This document shows positions 47,756 to 57,172 of a DNA stretch of 64,000 nt, one piece after another. The notes beneath the pieces were generated by a model that was not told the origin of the DNA, searched no databases, and worked only from the letters and a program-made list of their open reading frames with translations. The stretch lies in contig CAVUCU010000001.1 in the NCBI GenBank assembly GCA_963740085.1, positions 32,001-96,000 of the forward strand. Direction: 5' to 3'. Position 1 is the stretch's first letter; each line of letters begins with the position of its first letter. This stretch comes from Nitrospirota bacterium (GTDB lineage Bacteria > Nitrospirota > UBA9217). The position numbers and the translations under genes are program-made.

Positions 47756-50242
47756 CTAGCCTCTCAATCTCAACGAATTCATCACCACCGTCACGGAACT
47801 CATCGCCATGGCTGCTGCGGCTACAATGGGACTGAGCACCCCTGCCATGGCGAGTGGGATCGCAACTACATTATAAAAGAATGCCCAAAAGAGATTCTGT
47901 TTGATGATCTTGAAGGTCTTTCGGGATAATTCGACGGCCCGAACGACGCTCGAAAGGTCCGACCGCATCAGGACCACATCAGCCGATTCCATGGCAATGT
48001 CCGAACCCTCAGCCATCGCCATGCCTATATCGGCAGCCGCGAGCGCGGGCGCATCATTGATACCATCGCCGACCATGGCCACGACCTTTCCCGTCGACCG
48101 CAGTTTTGTAATTTCTTCAGATTTTCCCGCGGGGAGAACACCTGCGCTTACCTTACGGATCCCTGTCTTTTCAGCAACAGCCTTCGCCGTAGTTAAATTA
48201 TCCCCCGTGATCATGATAATGTCAATCTTCATGCCTTTCAATCTTCCAATGGCGCGCTGCGCATCCATCTTCGGCGTATCCATCAAGGCAATGATGCCGA
48301 GGACAGTTTTGTCCTGAGAGACCCATACAATCGTTTTTCCCTCAAGTTCACGCTTTAGGGTTTCAGCCGCGAACTCCGGTATTATCTGGACGCCTTCTTG
48401 TTCAAGAAAGACCTGTTTCCCGACGCGTATCGATGCACCCTGAACCTCCGCAATAACGCCCCGGCCAGGCAAGGCTCTAAACGCTCCCGCCTTGAAAAGT
48501 TCTATGCCGTGCTCTTCTGTATAACTCACGATCGCCTGTCCCATCAGATGCTCGGACCCCTGTTCAGCGGACGCGGCGTATTGCAGCATCAATCTGGAGT
48601 TTCGAGTTCGGCGTTCAGCGTTCTTGTTCGGCAATCCGCAATCCGCACTCAGCACTTCCACAACCCGCATCTTCCCGGTTGTGATCGTGCCGGTCTTGTC
48701 AAGGACAACGGTATCCACCTTATGCAATCGTTCCAGGATATCCCCTCCTTTTATCAGGATGCCGCCGCGTGCCGCCTTCCCCGTACCGGTCAGAACGGCA
48801 ACAGGAGTGGCAAGGCCGAGCGCGCAGGGACATGCTATCACCAGCACAGCCACCGCATGAAGTATTGGTATGGCGCCACTTGATCGTTGAGACCAGAAAA
48901 AGAACGTTGCCAGGGCCGTAATAATGACGACAGGAATGAAATAAAGAGATATTCGGTCTGCAAGTCGCTGGATCGGTGCCATGGATGCCTGGGCATTTTC
49001 CACGAGCCTTGAGATCTGCGAGAGGATCGTCTCCTTGCCGACGCGGGTAACTTCAAGAATGATTGTGCCGAGCCCGTTCATCGAACCCCCGATGACATCC
49101 ATGCCGGATAACTTTTCCACCGGTTTCGACTCTCCGGTGACAAAAGACTCGTCCACTTCGGAGGTCCCGTTGCGGACAATACCATCCAGCGGTATCTTCT
49201 CGCCAGGCCTCACTTCGAGCCTGTCGCCTCTTCGCACCTCCATGATAGATGCGAGAGTACGATCGTCTCCTCGAACGATCCTCGCTTCCTGAGGCTGAAG
49301 CGAGAGGAGCCGGGAAACTGCTTGTGAAGCCTTGTGTTTGGCTGAATTTTCCAGGAATCTGCCGAGAAGGACAAGGGTAATGATCATGGCAGCGGTATCG
49401 AAATAGACCTCTCCACCCGAGAGCAGGTGGTGAACGCTCAGAAAATAAGCGGACAGCGCGCCAAGAGAGACCAGGAGGTCCATGTTCAGCGTACGGTTTC
49501 TTATTCCGCGGTACGCACCGCTCAGGAATGGCCATCCTGAGTAGAACAGGACCGGCGTGCACAGGAGAAAGGCAGCAAGCTCCAGCACCCTTTTGGCAGC
49601 AGGTTCGATCCCCTGGAAAAAGCCTGCATACAGACCGAAACTCACCATCATAAGCTGCAGGGAGAAGAACGAGGCAGTACCTAACCGGATAAGCAGGTCG
49701 CGATTCTGTTTTTGCATGAACGCTTCCTGTGACGCTGGTGTATAGGGCCGCGCAAGATAACCGATGGAAGAGATCCGTGACATGATCCTGCTGAGAGTGA
49801 TCTGTGAACTGTCCCATTTGATAAGCGCCCGATGCGTGGCAAAGTTTATGCGCGCCGAAGCAACACCCGTGGTCCGCTCGAGGATCCTCTCATTCAGCCA
49901 GATGCATGACGAGCAGCGGATACCATCGATCATAAGGTCAGCTTCTTTGATCATGCCATCGCCCCTGATGAAAGGAATAAGCGGCTCGCTCTCCACGACC
50001 GGCAGGGAAGTTTCACGAGCCTTTGATTCTCGAAGTGCCTCGGGAAGACCGAAAGATATCCAGTCGCGCTTTTTATAAAAGTCCTGGAGCCCTTCTTGCG
50101 TTATGAGGATATAAATTGCACGGCAGGCATGGCAGCAGAAGACCTTTTGCCCCGTGGGAAGAGCCTCATAAACGGCGTCCTGTTCAGAAACCGGCAGGAG
50201 GCAGTGATCACAGATCAACTGAGTACGGTTCAAGGATGGCAC
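47756..50242 (-). CDS. ccoI: Copper P1B-type ATPase CcoI/FixI
   Basis: CDHC..FCCHAC, CSSC, CPCALGLATP, DKTGT, GDGIND; start set at GTG 50242. Confidence 0.94.
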   Translation of the reverse strand: MPSLNRTQLICDHCLLPVSEQDAVYEALPTGQKVFCCHACRAIYILITQEGLQDFYKKRDWISFGLPEALRESKARETSLPVVESEPLIPFIRGDGMIKEADLMIDGIRCSSCIWLNERILERTTGVASARINFATHRALIKWDSSQITLSRIMSRISSIGYLARPYTPASQEAFMQKQNRDLLIRLGTASFFSLQLMMVSFGLYAGFFQGIEPAAKRVLELAAFLLCTPVLFYSGWPFLSGAYRGIRNRTLNMDLLVSLGALSAYFLSVHHLLSGGEVYFDTAAMIITLVLLGRFLENSAKHKASQAVSRLLSLQPQEARIVRGDDRTLASIMEVRRGDRLEVRPGEKIPLDGIVRNGTSEVDESFVTGESKPVEKLSGMDVIGGSMNGLGTIILEVTRVGKETILSQISRLVENAQASMAPIQRLADRISLYFIPVVIITALATFFFWSQRSSGAIPILHAVAVLVIACPCALGLATPVAVLTGTGKAARGGILIKGGDILERLHKVDTVVLDKTGTITTGKMRVVEVLSADCGLPNKNAERRTRNSRLMLQYAASAEQGSEHLMGQAIVSYTEEHGIELFKAGAFRALPGRGVIAEVQGASIRVGKQVFLEQEGVQIIPEFAAETLKRELEGKTIVWVSQDKTVLGIIALMDTPKMDAQRAIGRLKGMKIDIIMITGDNLTTAKAVAEKTGIRKVSAGVLPAGKSEEITKLRSTGKVVAMVGDGINDAPALAAADIGMAMAEGSDIAMESADVVLMRSDLSSVVRAVELSRKTFKIIKQNLFWAFFYNVVAIPLAMAGVLSPIVAAAAMAMSSVTVVMNSLRLRG

Positions 50243-50243
50243 G

Positions 50244-51494
50244 TTATATCTCGACTCCTTTGTCCGAGCGTTCAGGGTATACGAATGGAGCTTCCTGAAC
50301 CATCTTGATCTCCTTTGAATCAGTATTCTCAAGGATAAAGTGCAACTGCGTCACCCGTTCGATAAGGTTCTTTCTCTGAACAAACACATACACCTTGATC
50401 CTCAATGAGGAGTTGGGCAGAAGCAGGAATGGGTTTTGAGAAACCACCAATTCCGCGTCTTTGATACCTGCAATTCTCAGTCGGTAACCGGCAGGAGCCA
50501 GGCTCCTGTTCTCCACGATCAGAAAGTAAGCATTCATCATTCCGCCCTTGATCCCCATCTGATGGTAGGGTTGTGATTCATCGCGGAACACCCAGAAATC
50601 GAAAGGGATCCTGATGTGGATCTGATACACAAGCATCATGGCAATGAACGCAAAGACAATCGAGAGCCCGATAACGCGGGCACGCGGACCTTTTTGGGTT
50701 CCGTCGCCGGAATCACCCCGGGAATATTCGATGAGCGGCGCCTTCCCCTGCGGCGCCATCTGTCCCGCACAGGCGTCGATACACTCCGCACAGTTGATGC
50801 ATTCCACCTGAAGTCCGTTCCGGATGTCAATGCCTGAAGGACAGGTACGCGTACAGGCCTCACAACCAAGACACTCGTCTTCGCGCTTCCGGTTAAAACC
50901 GATGGTAAGCGTCCGGTCATCGAAAAATGCGCTCTGGAGCCTTGAATAAGGGCACACCGATCGGCAGAATCTCTGACGGACGAATGCAAGATCGAGGTAG
51001 ATCAGAATAGTGAACAGGGTCCACGACCAGAACACCCAGGGTCCCAATGAAAGGTTCCTGATATCGGAAAGCATATCATAGGGAGAGACAAAGAACCAGA
51101 TGAGGTTGGCAGAAACAAGGAGCGATACAAGGAGCAGGATGACATGCGATCTTGTCGTTCGGAGGACGTGATGGCGGGTAAACCACGATGCCCTTCGTTC
51201 AATGAATCTCGCGAGATCAGACAGTATCGTTTGGGGACACGCCCAGCCGCACCAGATGCGGCCGTAAAGAACCGTAAAGAGCATAACACCGATAAAGAAG
51301 AGGAGAAACACGAGCAGAAGGAAGTAAGCTTCACTGATCCAGATGACAGAGCCGAAGAAATAGAGTTTGAGGGAAGGCACATCGAAGCGCAGGGCGCTTT
51401 CACCGTGAATTCTCAGGAAAGGCAAACCAAGCATCAGGACAGCCTGCAGCCATGCAACTAACCTGCGTCTGGTCCGAAAGGGTGTTGGTATCAT
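50244..51494 (-). CDS. ccoG: CcoG/FixG 4Fe-4S membrane protein
   Basis: GRIWCGWACPQT, FCRSVCPY, CLGCEACTRTCP, CINCAECIDAC. Confidence 0.93.
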   Translation of the reverse strand: MIPTPFRTRRRLVAWLQAVLMLGLPFLRIHGESALRFDVPSLKLYFFGSVIWISEAYFLLLVFLLFFIGVMLFTVLYGRIWCGWACPQTILSDLARFIERRASWFTRHHVLRTTRSHVILLLVSLLVSANLIWFFVSPYDMLSDIRNLSLGPWVFWSWTLFTILIYLDLAFVRQRFCRSVCPYSRLQSAFFDDRTLTIGFNRKREDECLGCEACTRTCPSGIDIRNGLQVECINCAECIDACAGQMAPQGKAPLIEYSRGDSGDGTQKGPRARVIGLSIVFAFIAMMLVYQIHIRIPFDFWVFRDESQPYHQMGIKGGMMNAYFLIVENRSLAPAGYRLRIAGIKDAELVVSQNPFLLLPNSSLRIKVYVFVQRKNLIERVTQLHFILENTDSKEIKMVQEAPFVYPERSDKGVEI

Positions 51495-51500
51495 GCCTGC

Positions 51501-51977
51501 TTACTTGTTGTGTTTGAAATAGATATAATGGGCAACGGCGCGGACCTTTTCCGTACCAAGTTGTTTCTGGAAGCCGGGCATGCCATTCGGTGTCCCCTCT
51601 GCGATCACGCGAATATGGTCGGCAAGCGTCTTGCCGTAAATGAACTTCGGGCCCGTCAATGAAGGTCCGATGTTGCCTTTGAGGTTCTCGCCGTGGCACA
51701 TGGCACATTCTGATGCGTAGATAGCCGGGCCTTTGTCCGCCTTGGCCTCGGACAGACCGGATGCCACTTCCTTTACTTCGTGCGTAATGACGGCAGCTTT
51801 ATGGGCTTCCATCCGTTGTTCATACTGATCGACCTGTCTCCATCCCGTCGTCAGGGGTGAGAACAGGTACAGATAGACCAGCCCGAAAACAAGCAGCGAC
51901 AGAAAAAGGACCGCCATGCCAAGAGGCATTTTTTTTCCGCCCTCTTCGCGTTCTCTTATGCCGTCATATTCACCCAT
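51501..51977 (-). CDS. ccoP: Short monoheme CcoP-like subunit
   Basis: EYDGIRE N-terminal motif, one TM, single CAMCH, GMPGF. Confidence 0.85.
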   Translation of the reverse strand: MGEYDGIREREEGGKKMPLGMAVLFLSLLVFGLVYLYLFSPLTTGWRQVDQYEQRMEAHKAAVITHEVKEVASGLSEAKADKGPAIYASECAMCHGENLKGNIGPSLTGPKFIYGKTLADHIRVIAEGTPNGMPGFQKQLGTEKVRAVAHYIYFKHNK

Positions 51978-52107
51978 AGTTCAGCTCCTGATGAGTAAAT
52001 GACAAATCCCAAGCAACAACTTTCAAATGATGACCAAATTTTAACAACCGAACCGTTGTGTGCCTTACACCCGGTCATTTGCATTTATTTTGCGGCCTTG
52101 GCGCTTG

Positions 52108-52266
52108 TTACCGTTTGCTTGTTTTTTCATCCTCGTCCAGCATCCGGTACTTCGGAGACTCTACCCTGTCCTTCCGCTTACTACGGAAGAAGTAGATCAT
52201 GATGCCGATCAGGACTACGGTGAGCAGTGTCGTGAAACCGAAGTAGAGCCAGGCTTTGAATTCCAT
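52108..52266 (-). CDS. ccoQ: CcoQ-like small subunit (52 aa, below the ORF-track cutoff)
   Basis: MEFKAWLYFGFTTLLTVVLIGIMIYFFRSKRKDRVESPKYRMLDEDEKTSKR, between ccoO and ccoP. Confidence 0.85.
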   Translation of the reverse strand: MEFKAWLYFGFTTLLTVVLIGIMIYFFRSKRKDRVESPKYRMLDEDEKTSKR

Positions 52267-52267
52267 C

Positions 52268-52840
52268 TTACGGTCTCAGCTCCTTGCCGAGTCGCAGAAG
52301 ATACGATACGAGTGCATCCATCTCCGTCTTCCCTTTCAATACATCCATGTCTTCGGTTGTATAGGGGAAATCAAGCGTCCTCATCTTCTTTTCGGTATAT
52401 TGTGTATCGAGCTTGTTCTCTGCAAGCCACGCGTAGGCAGGCATGTTTGATTGAGCGTACATGCTTTGAGGATTTTTCAAATGAATAAAGTGCCACACAG
52501 CGGGATATTTCGTGCCTACCCGGGCCAGGTCCGGCCCTGTGCGCTTGGATCCCCACAGGTGTGGCCGGTCTATGGCCGATTCTTCGAGCTTGGAATAATT
52601 CCCATACCGCGCAGTCTCGAAGGGAAGCGGCCGCACCGTCTGAGTATGACAGTTGTTACACCCCTCGCGGATATAAATATCGCGACCTTCGACCTCCATT
52701 GGCTTATAGGGGATCACCTTCTCTATCGATGGTGACGCGCTCCCGACAAACAGCGGAATGAAGGTCGTCAACAGGGTTCCCACAAGAATCGCGAGCGTTG
52801 CAAGAACGATAAAGGTTACTGGCTTTTTATCGACGTCCAT
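52268..52840 (-). CDS. ccoO: cbb3 cytochrome c oxidase subunit II
   Basis: GRDIYIREGCNNCHTQTVRP, WGSKRTGPDLAR, SNMPAY. Confidence 0.96.
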   Translation of the reverse strand: MDVDKKPVTFIVLATLAILVGTLLTTFIPLFVGSASPSIEKVIPYKPMEVEGRDIYIREGCNNCHTQTVRPLPFETARYGNYSKLEESAIDRPHLWGSKRTGPDLARVGTKYPAVWHFIHLKNPQSMYAQSNMPAYAWLAENKLDTQYTEKKMRTLDFPYTTEDMDVLKGKTEMDALVSYLLRLGKELRP

Positions 52841-52914
52841 GGACAGCCCCTTGTTGACGGCAAGAAGTTGCGTACCGGGAAAGTTTGAAAGCTGGCGATC
52901 AAGCTCTCACCTTC

Positions 52915-54324
52915 TCATGTTCCCCTATTTAAGCCTTCTGAACTATCGGCGCGTTCCTTGATCGTTTTGTAAATGTTAAAAACAAACACTATAAATCCGG
53001 CAAAAAAGATAACTCCCCCCGCCGTCCTCATGTTCCAAAACGGATAATTGGGCGTCAAGGTCTGAATAAAATTTGGATAAAGCAGACTGCCGTCCTTGTC
53101 CATCGCCTGCCACATGGCACCCTGTCTTATACCGGTTATCCACATCGTCACGGAGTAAATAAGCTGTCCAACAAGCACGAGCCAGAAATGGAGGTTTGCG
53201 AGTTTAACACTGTATACTTCCGTGTTGTATATGCGGGGGATCATATAGTAGAAACCGGCGGAGATCGTCATCGTGACCCATCCCATGGTGCCCATGTGCA
53301 CGTGGCCCGGAACCCAGTCGGTATAGTGGATAAGAGCACTGAAGGAACGGATCGCCTGACTCGGTCCCTGAATGGTCTGGAGGCCGTAGAATGTTATCCC
53401 GAGGATGATGAACTTGACAAGATAGTTCGACCGCATCTGCGCCCACTGGTTGTTCATGGTCCCGTATCCGTTGATCACTGAAGCCCAGGACGGCGCGATC
53501 AGAAAGATACTGAAGGCGATTGCCACGGTCTGGATCCAGTCCGGCAGAGGGGTGTAGATCAGGTGGTGGGCTCCGGTCCAGAGGTAGGCAAAGACCAGGG
53601 CCCAGAACCCGACGATCGAAAGCCGGTGACTGTAGAGCGGTGCCCCCGTTGCCTTGGGAAGGATGTAGTAGAAGATCGCAAGCGGGATCGTGGTGAATAC
53701 GAAAGCAACAGCGTTATGCCCGAACCACCACTGCACGTTCGCATCATTTGCGCCTGCATACACCGAATAGGACTTGAACCACGATACCGGCGCTGCGAGG
53801 TTGTTCCCGATGTAGACAATGGCCACACCCACAACCGTGGCCAGGATGTACCAGAGCGAAACATACATCTGTTCTTCTTTACGTTTCATGATGGTGCCGA
53901 TGATATTGATCGAAAACATCACCCACAGGATGACCACCCCAATGTCAAGCGGCCACTCGAGTTCCGAATACTCCTTGCTTGAGTTCATGCCGGCGAAGAG
54001 AGACAGCGCCGCAAGCACAATGGCGATGTTAAATACATAGAGCGTGACCCGCGCCAGGCCGGGAAAGGCAAGGGATGTCCTTCCAAGCCGCTGAACAAGG
54101 TAGAAAAAAACACTGAATGCCGCCGGGACGGTGAAGCCGTAGATGAGCGCATTCGTATGGAGCGGACGCAGTCTTCCATAGGTGAGCCAGGGCGTGAAAT
54201 TCAGCTGCGGGTAGACAAGCTGGAGAGAAATAAGGATCCCGATGAGGAGTCCAACGATCCCCCAGAAGAGAGAGGATAAGGCAAATCCCTTTACTGCACG
54301 GTAATCATAGGTGTTATCTGCCAT
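52915..54324 (-). CDS. ccoN: cbb3 cytochrome c oxidase subunit I
   Basis: GRLRPLHTN, QWWFGHNAVAF, WTGAHHL, HYTDWVPGHVH. Confidence 0.97.
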   Translation of the reverse strand: MADNTYDYRAVKGFALSSLFWGIVGLLIGILISLQLVYPQLNFTPWLTYGRLRPLHTNALIYGFTVPAAFSVFFYLVQRLGRTSLAFPGLARVTLYVFNIAIVLAALSLFAGMNSSKEYSELEWPLDIGVVILWVMFSINIIGTIMKRKEEQMYVSLWYILATVVGVAIVYIGNNLAAPVSWFKSYSVYAGANDANVQWWFGHNAVAFVFTTIPLAIFYYILPKATGAPLYSHRLSIVGFWALVFAYLWTGAHHLIYTPLPDWIQTVAIAFSIFLIAPSWASVINGYGTMNNQWAQMRSNYLVKFIILGITFYGLQTIQGPSQAIRSFSALIHYTDWVPGHVHMGTMGWVTMTISAGFYYMIPRIYNTEVYSVKLANLHFWLVLVGQLIYSVTMWITGIRQGAMWQAMDKDGSLLYPNFIQTLTPNYPFWNMRTAGGVIFFAGFIVFVFNIYKTIKERADSSEGLNRGT

Positions 54325-54366
54325 ATGGTGGTCCCTGTAAGCGGAATTATTGTTCGGGAAAGTGTT

Positions 54367-54774
54367 CTACGCTTTTTGTCTCGCCAGGTCTTCGAAATTT
54401 GTCTTCTTGAGAGTTTCGACTATCTTTGATTGAACGTTGGCCCAAAGAAAATAGGTCGGGCAGTGTTTTGAAAAATTGCACTTTTTCTTGTCGACAAGGC
54501 AAAGATTGATGGCAAGCTTGCCCTCGATCGCAACAAGTACGTCCAGCGCCGTGATCTCCCTCGCCTGTTTGGCGAGCGAAAAACCACCATTCACGCCGCG
54601 ATAGGACCTGACGATCTTCGCCTTCACCAGCTTCTGGAGTATCTTTGCGAGAAAACTCCTCGGTATCTTGTATTCCTCGGAAATCTCGTTTACAAAACTT
54701 ACCTTGTTGAACGGCTGGCGGGCAAGATACAGGACACTTCTAATCCCGTAATCTCCTTCACGTGTTATCTGCAT
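54367..54774 (-). CDS. Rrf2 family regulator with three C-terminal Cys
   Basis: ITREGDYGIR, FLAKILQKL, SYRGVNGGF, CLVDKKKCNFSKHC. Confidence 0.93.
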   Translation of the reverse strand: MQITREGDYGIRSVLYLARQPFNKVSFVNEISEEYKIPRSFLAKILQKLVKAKIVRSYRGVNGGFSLAKQAREITALDVLVAIEGKLAINLCLVDKKKCNFSKHCPTYFLWANVQSKIVETLKKTNFEDLARQKA

Positions 54775-54776
54775 GC

Positions 54777-54808
54777 TTGAACTATATCAAACCCGCTGTT
54801 TTTGTCAA
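54777..54808 (-). promoter_or_regulatory. Leaderless promoter of the rrf2-cco operon overlapped by an FNR-like palindrome
   Basis: TTGACA-16 nt-TATAGT, ATG 6 nt downstream; TTGAT-ATAG-TTCAA at 54790-54777. Confidence 0.6.
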
Positions 54809-54932
54809 GCCCGATATGATACTTTTTGAGGAAAGATGAAGCTGCACTATCTTAAGGCAATACATCACTGCTTCGTGATATAATGACCGTTAAGGGCTGC
54901 ATGCATATATCTCGCCAGGGAATATCAATTGT

Positions 54933-55487
54933 ATGAAAGAAATACGGCTTCCCATACCCGTCAAGCTTTTCATCGGGATGCTTTCACCAGAGCCGGCGCT
55001 GTTCGCCACATGCACCGACATCGTGTGCAAGGAATACGGCCCCGTCGATTATCAGAGCGAGATCGTTCCATGGACCAATTCTGATTTTTATCGGGAAGAA
55101 ATGGGCCCCGGCATTTTACGAAAGTTTATTTTCTTCGAGCGTGTGATAGACCCGGGCGATCTGTCTGCGATAAAAATCAATACCACCAGGATCGAGAAAA
55201 GTTTTGCCGAGCAGGAAGGGAACCGCACGCGACGCAGGATCAACCTTGACCCCGGATATGTGACCGAAGCCAAGGTCGTGCTTGCAACAACCAAAGACTA
55301 TGCTCACCGTCTTTACATCGGCAAAGGCATCTATGCCGAAGTCACGCTCCGGTACGGCAATAAAGACCGGAGCTTTACGCCCTTCGATCATACCTACCTC
55401 GACTATTGTTCGGAAACGTACAGAACGATGTTCAACAAGACGCGTGAGCTCTTACGAACCGCTCTGCAACGACCGGAGCGGAAATAA
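54933..55487 (+). CDS. DUF4416 family protein
   Basis: FYREEMG, RRINLDPGY, VLATTKDYAHRLYIGKGIYAEVTL. Confidence 0.85.
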   Translation: MKEIRLPIPVKLFIGMLSPEPALFATCTDIVCKEYGPVDYQSEIVPWTNSDFYREEMGPGILRKFIFFERVIDPGDLSAIKINTTRIEKSFAEQEGNRTRRRINLDPGYVTEAKVVLATTKDYAHRLYIGKGIYAEVTLRYGNKDRSFTPFDHTYLDYCSETYRTMFNKTRELLRTALQRPERK

Positions 55488-55615
55488 TCATGAGAAGAGT
55501 GGTGAAAAAGAGAACGGGAACGGGGTAACGTGCCGCAGTTGCTCTTCCCTCTAAGGCATGCGATCCCGATAATCCTGTTTTCCAGGCGTCTGGGCTAAAG
55601 CGTGCGGAGGTAGAT

Positions 55616-56284
55616 CTATTTCACTGCCTCATTGATCGCTGATTTAACCTCCTGATCGATTGAGGTGAACTTGACCCCGTAAAGAAAAACACCGGGCTCC
55701 TCCTCCAATGGGATGACCCTGGTGATCTCGCCATATCCGCTGACGTGCGTGCCGTCGGGAAGAAAGAACGAAATGAAAATTCCGGCTTCTCTCGAAAGCG
55801 GCTCCTCTGTTTTGATGAGCATCCCGCTAGCACTGATGTTTTCAGTCCAAAAAGGAAGTGGCCTGTTCTTGAACTTTCCCTCAATGGCAACAGCGAGTGC
55901 AGCCCTATATTTTTTTCTAGGCGCAATATTGAGAAATTGCCGCACCTTGCTGTTCAGGAGGTCCGTATCAACCGGTGTGGTTATGATCGCGTTGGCACCG
56001 CATTGTTTACAAAGTTCCCTGTTGACGAGGTTGCCCTTGCAAATAATGATGACGGAGACATCCCGCAGATCCTTATTGCTCCTGATGATCCTGAAGAGAT
56101 CCACGTTCTTGATACCGCTCATGTCGAGATGCGTGATGATGAGGTTGGCCTTTACCTCCCTATGGAGACTCAGCAGCTCATCGTTCGTAGCCGCCGTATA
56201 TATCTTCACGCCCGCATTGTTGAGATAGCTGCTTCTCCTCCCGAGGAATTTATTCAGGTCATTCGCTATCAGTATCTTTTTCAT
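55616..56284 (-). CDS. Atypical receiver domain + PilZ domain protein
   Basis: Receiver-like N-terminus lacking canonical acidic residues; PRKKYR and ENISASGM PilZ motifs. Confidence 0.8.
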   Translation of the reverse strand: MKKILIANDLNKFLGRRSSYLNNAGVKIYTAATNDELLSLHREVKANLIITHLDMSGIKNVDLFRIIRSNKDLRDVSVIIICKGNLVNRELCKQCGANAIITTPVDTDLLNSKVRQFLNIAPRKKYRAALAVAIEGKFKNRPLPFWTENISASGMLIKTEEPLSREAGIFISFFLPDGTHVSGYGEITRVIPLEEEPGVFLYGVKFTSIDQEVKSAINEAVK

Positions 56285-56336
56285 GGTCGGTTCCGCTCTT
56301 TCTCTATAAGAGATTTGGTTGAGATTTCCGAATCGC

Positions 56337-57047
56337 CTACCTGACCTTCTTCACAAAGATCTCTTTTGTAATGTCCTTGTCAACGGCGATCATGGTCTCG
56401 CCAAGCTGGATCACATAGGACGGCCTCTTCTGGTGAAGTTTGACGATACTGCCCGGTACTACTCCCATCGCCGAGAGCCGGTCAAGTCGGGAATGAGAAT
56501 GCGGCGTGATGAACACTATCTTTGCCTGTTCTCCCGGCACGAGATCCGCCAGCGGCGCAACGAGGGGTTTCATCTCCTGCCGGAACATGGCGCAGCATTC
56601 GCCTCGTGGAATGGGCTTGCCGTCCGGAGAGTTCGGCGGATGGCCGAGCAGGGTGCAGACGCTGTCCGTCACCTCGGGGGAAAGAATGTGCTCGAACTTG
56701 CACGCCTCTGCCTCGGCGCCGTCCAGGGCAAAAAGATCGTAGAACATCCGCAGCGAAAGACGGTGTCTCCGGACCAGCTCCCGTGCCCTTTTTTCGCCTT
56801 TGGCCAGAAGCTCCACGGACTGGCCTTTTATTTCGATCCATCCCTCCTTGGCGAGATCTTTAAGGATATCCTCACATCCCTGGATGGTACAATTCTGAAC
56901 GATCTGGTCCACGGATAGATCTCCATCTTCCCGCAGGGTCCAGATGATTTCAAAAAGTTCATCCTCTTTCTCGATCTCCGGCAGCACGCACAGCGCGGGA
57001 TGGCCTGCTTTCCCCTCAATGGTGTCGATTCGCTTATGTTCTGACAT
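56337..57047 (-). CDS. DtxR/MntR family metal-dependent regulator with C-terminal FeoA domain
   Basis: VRRHRL, ACKFEHIL, LGHPPNSPDGKPIP; FeoA RLSAMGVVPG. Confidence 0.88.
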   Translation of the reverse strand: MSEHKRIDTIEGKAGHPALCVLPEIEKEDELFEIIWTLREDGDLSVDQIVQNCTIQGCEDILKDLAKEGWIEIKGQSVELLAKGEKRARELVRRHRLSLRMFYDLFALDGAEAEACKFEHILSPEVTDSVCTLLGHPPNSPDGKPIPRGECCAMFRQEMKPLVAPLADLVPGEQAKIVFITPHSHSRLDRLSAMGVVPGSIVKLHQKRPSYVIQLGETMIAVDKDITKEIFVKKVR

Positions 57048-57067
57048 TGCTCACCTCCTGATAAATC

Positions 57068-57160
57068 TGATGGATGATGGACGACCGTTCGCTACACTCG
57101 CTTTGACGATAGACGATTGAGTCATTTTCGTCCTTCGTCCCTCGTCCGTCACCCCTCGTC
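57068..57160 (+). repeat. Dispersed repeat copy 3 with inverted heptamer arm
   Basis: TGATGGATGATGGACGACCGTTCGCTACACTCGC...GACGATAGACGAT versus TCGTCCT TCGTCCC TCGTCCG. Confidence 0.75.
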
Positions 57161-57172
57161 TTTTCTCTTCCC

